From Capsulimonadales bacterium (GTDB taxonomy: Bacteria; Armatimonadota; Armatimonadia; Armatimonadales; Armatimonadaceae), in NCBI GenBank assembly GCA_033762295.1, contig JANRLW010000104.1, positions 1 to 18,266 of the forward strand: a DNA stretch of 18,266 nucleotides, in the 5' to 3' direction. The notes beneath the pieces were generated by a model. The model searched no databases. It was given only the letters and a program-made list of their open reading frames with translations, and was not told where the DNA came from. The position numbers and the translations under genes are program-made. This document shows positions 15,651 to 18,266 of the stretch, one piece after another. Positions within the stretch are counted from its first letter, which is position 1; the number at the start of each line of letters is the position of its first letter.

Positions 15651-18266
15651 ATGCGTCGTCTCACTCCCCACCTTATTCCCGCGTTGACGCTGATTTCGGC
15701 GTTGCCGGCTCTCGCCCAGGAATCCCCCTATCTCCGCGCCCCGGCCGGCAAGGAGTACGCCAAAATCGTTCCCGGCGGAACGACCATCCTTCCCAACGGT
15801 CGCTTTTTGACCCCGAAAGGCGAACGCCTCTATACCGGGGGCGACCTCTGGAACGTCGCCGTTCGGCCGGATGGAAAGGTCCTCGTCAGCTTCAGCGAGA
15901 ACGCCGTCGTCGTCTACGCCCTTCCCGCCCGGACGGGCGACGTACCGCGCGTCCTCCGGACCAAGGGGCTGGCTCCGGTCGGAGTCTTCACACCCGACGG
16001 CTCCCGGCTGATCCTCAGCAACGGCGACGAAGGCGGCATCGAAATCTACGATACGAACGGGTGGGACACCCCGCCGGCAAAACCCGCCGAAGGCCGCTTC
16101 GTAATGTCCGACCTGAAGCCCCTGCAAACGATCTCGGTCAAGGACGCGGAGTACGACGCCCCCTACCTCAACGATATCGCGCTGTCCCCCGATGGCCGCC
16201 ACCTCTTCGCCGTCGATGTCGCCCACCAGCGGGTCGTGACCATCGATCTCACCGCCGGTAAGGTGGTCGCCACGGCGAAAGCCGGTCGCGAACCGTACGC
16301 TCTCGCGCTTTCCCCGGAAGGCAAAAGCCTGTTCATCGCCAACATCGGCATCTTCGATTACTCGGTCATCCCCCCGCCGATGCCCGGCGGCGGCAGCAAC
16401 CGTGGCCTGTCCCGACCACCCTTCGGCTTCCCGTCCAAAGAAAGCGAAGTCGGCGTGCTTCAGGAGGGCCGGAAAGTCCCCGGACTCGGCAAACCGTACG
16501 TTCCCGATGCCCAATCCGTCTGGATGTACGATGTTTCCACCCCCGCCATGCCCGTGGTGAAGGCCAAAGCCACGTCCGGAATCCTCATCCATGCCCCCGC
16601 CGATGCCGGAAAATCCGTCGGCGGCAGCGCCCCGAACAAACTTCTCCTGTTCGGGAAGAAACTGTTCGTCGCGAACGCCAACAACGACACCGTCCAGGTC
16701 TTCGACGCCGATACCCTGAAATCGCTCTCCGTCATCAAACTGTCGCCCTCGCCGATGGTCGCCAAATATCGCGGCGTCATCCCTTCCGGCATGACCATGA
16801 ATAAGGCCGGAACCCGGCTGTATGTCTCCGAAAGCGGACTGAACGCGGTCGCCGTCATCGACGCCACGAACAACAAGGTGCTCGGTCACATCCCGACCGG
16901 CTGGTTCCCCGTACAACTCGCCCTCTCGCCCGACGAACGAACGCTGTTTGTCAGCACCCAGAAGGGACTCGGACGAGGACCCCGGGGCGAAAAGCAGAAA
17001 CGGACGCCGGACGACGAACGGTACGGCCTCACCGACATGCCCGGCATGGTCAATGCCGTCCCGCTGCCGGACGATTCGACGCTGAACGCCTGGACGGCGG
17101 AAGTCCTTTCCAATAACGGACTGGTCGACCATAAGGCCGAACTGGCGTCCCTGCCGCCGTCCGCCATGGCACGCGTCCCCGGAAAACCGAGCGACAAAAT
17201 CAAATACGTTGTCTTCATCACCAAGGAAAACCATACCTTCGATGGCATCTTCGGTGGGCTGAAAGGCGCGAAGGGAGAGCCGGATTACGCGGAGTTCGGC
17301 ATGCAAGGCTGGATCGCCGAAAAGGGAAAGGCCGAACGGATGCCGATCATGCCCAATCACATCCGCCTCGCCGAGCAGTTCGCCATCTCCGACAACTTTT
17401 ACATGGAACCGCAGGCGTCCGGCGACGGTCATCGCTGGCTCGTCGGCGTCTACCCGAGCCTCTGGACGACCCGCGTCTTCTACTCCGGGTGGAACTACAA
17501 ACAGTCCGATAAAACCAAAGGACGCCTGGTCTCCTTCGGTTCCGACGGTTCGCAGATTCCGGAGGACTACCTCGAGAACGGATCGCTCTGGGAGCATCTT
17601 CAGCGAGGAAACATCACCTTCCGAAACTACGGCGAAGGATACGAGCTGCCGCAGACGGATGAAGGCCCCATGACCAACAAGGCTGGGACCTACTACATGG
17701 TGAACTACCCCATGCCGAAGGCCCTGTTCGACAATACCTGCTTCGATTTCCCGGCCTACAACAACTTCATCCCGGATATCGCCCGCGCCGACTGGTTCGT
17801 CGAAGACCTGGAAAAGTATCGCAAGAAAAACAAAGGGCAGATGCCGCGTTTCCTCAACATCGCGATCTGCAACGACCACGGTTTCGATCCCCGGCCGAAA
17901 GACGGCTATCCGTATGTCTGCTCCGGAATGGCGGACAACGACCTGGCCCTCGGTCGGATCGTCGATTACCTCTCACACCAGCCGGAATGGAAGAATATGG
18001 CCATTTTCGTCACCCAGGACGATTCCGGCGGTGACAACGACCATATCGACCGACATCGTTCGTTCGTCCTGTGCATCAGCCCGTACGCCAAACGCGGCTA
18101 CATCAGCCGGGACCATACGAGCATCATGAGCATTCTGAAGACCATTTACCTGATCTTCGGACTGGGGCCGAACAACATGTTCGACGCCCTGGCGACCGAT
18201 CTCTCGGACATGATGACCGACAAGCCCGACTTCACTCCCTACGTCCACGTACCGTCGAACCGAACC
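15651..18266 (+). CDS. Secreted YncE-like beta-propeller / phosphoesterase (alkaline phosphatase superfamily, phospholipase C-like) protein, truncated at the window end
   Basis: AGGAG SD then ATG 15651; signal peptide ending ALA-Q; propeller repeats (VRPDGK, LSPDGRHLF, IPTGWFP); catalytic motifs KYVVFITKENHTFD, SDNFY, NDHG, ADNDLALG, QDD, DHID. Same frame at the points checked through 18266. Confidence 0.9.
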   Translation, partial: MRRLTPHLIPALTLISALPALAQESPYLRAPAGKEYAKIVPGGTTILPNGRFLTPKGERLYTGGDLWNVAVRPDGKVLVSFSENAVVVYALPARTGDVPRVLRTKGLAPVGVFTPDGSRLILSNGDEGGIEIYDTNGWDTPPAKPAEGRFVMSDLKPLQTISVKDAEYDAPYLNDIALSPDGRHLFAVDVAHQRVVTIDLTAGKVVATAKAGREPYALALSPEGKSLFIANIGIFDYSVIPPPMPGGGSNRGLSRPPFGFPSKESEVGVLQEGRKVPGLGKPYVPDAQSVWMYDVSTPAMPVVKAKATSGILIHAPADAGKSVGGSAPNKLLLFGKKLFVANANNDTVQVFDADTLKSLSVIKLSPSPMVAKYRGVIPSGMTMNKAGTRLYVSESGLNAVAVIDATNNKVLGHIPTGWFPVQLALSPDERTLFVSTQKGLGRGPRGEKQKRTPDDERYGLTDMPGMVNAVPLPDDSTLNAWTAEVLSNNGLVDHKAELASLPPSAMARVPGKPSDKIKYVVFITKENHTFDGIFGGLKGAKGEPDYAEFGMQGWIAEKGKAERMPIMPNHIRLAEQFAISDNFYMEPQASGDGHRWLVGVYPSLWTTRVFYSGWNYKQSDKTKGRLVSFGSDGSQIPEDYLENGSLWEHLQRGNITFRNYGEGYELPQTDEGPMTNKAGTYYMVNYPMPKALFDNTCFDFPAYNNFIPDIARADWFVEDLEKYRKKNKGQMPRFLNIAICNDHGFDPRPKDGYPYVCSGMADNDLALGRIVDYLSHQPEWKNMAIFVTQDDSGGDNDHIDRHRSFVLCISPYAKRGYISRDHTSIMSILKTIYLIFGLGPNNMFDALATDLSDMMTDKPDFTPYVHVPSNRT

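Noticed and set aside
15639..17879. 746-aa minus-strand ORF
   Set aside because: Antisense shadow of the plus-strand propeller/phosphoesterase gene; no recognisable motifs.

Overview
GC-rich bacterial chromosomal window, probably Armatimonadota (inferred from two prepilin-like genes starting [38 protein letters not shown]). The left half is mostly housekeeping and metabolism: a conserved hypothetical with possible primase-large-subunit C-terminal-domain similarity, aspartate aminotransferase, rnc, a SAM methyltransferase, leuB, a VOC protein, hisS (apparently leaderless), a secreted alkaline-phosphatase/NPP-superfamily enzyme, an aldehyde dehydrogenase and a small membrane protein. The right half holds a twice-repeated module: [catabolic enzyme <-] AT-rich promoter with a shared 11-bp-period TTAA repeat [-> DUF1559/H-X9-DG pilin-like protein -> tiny lipoprotein]. 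The second copy is followed by a large secreted beta-propeller/phosphoesterase gene that runs off the window. That gene and one lipoprotein are absent from the supplied ORF track. No rRNA, tRNA, CRISPR array or mobile element was recognised.
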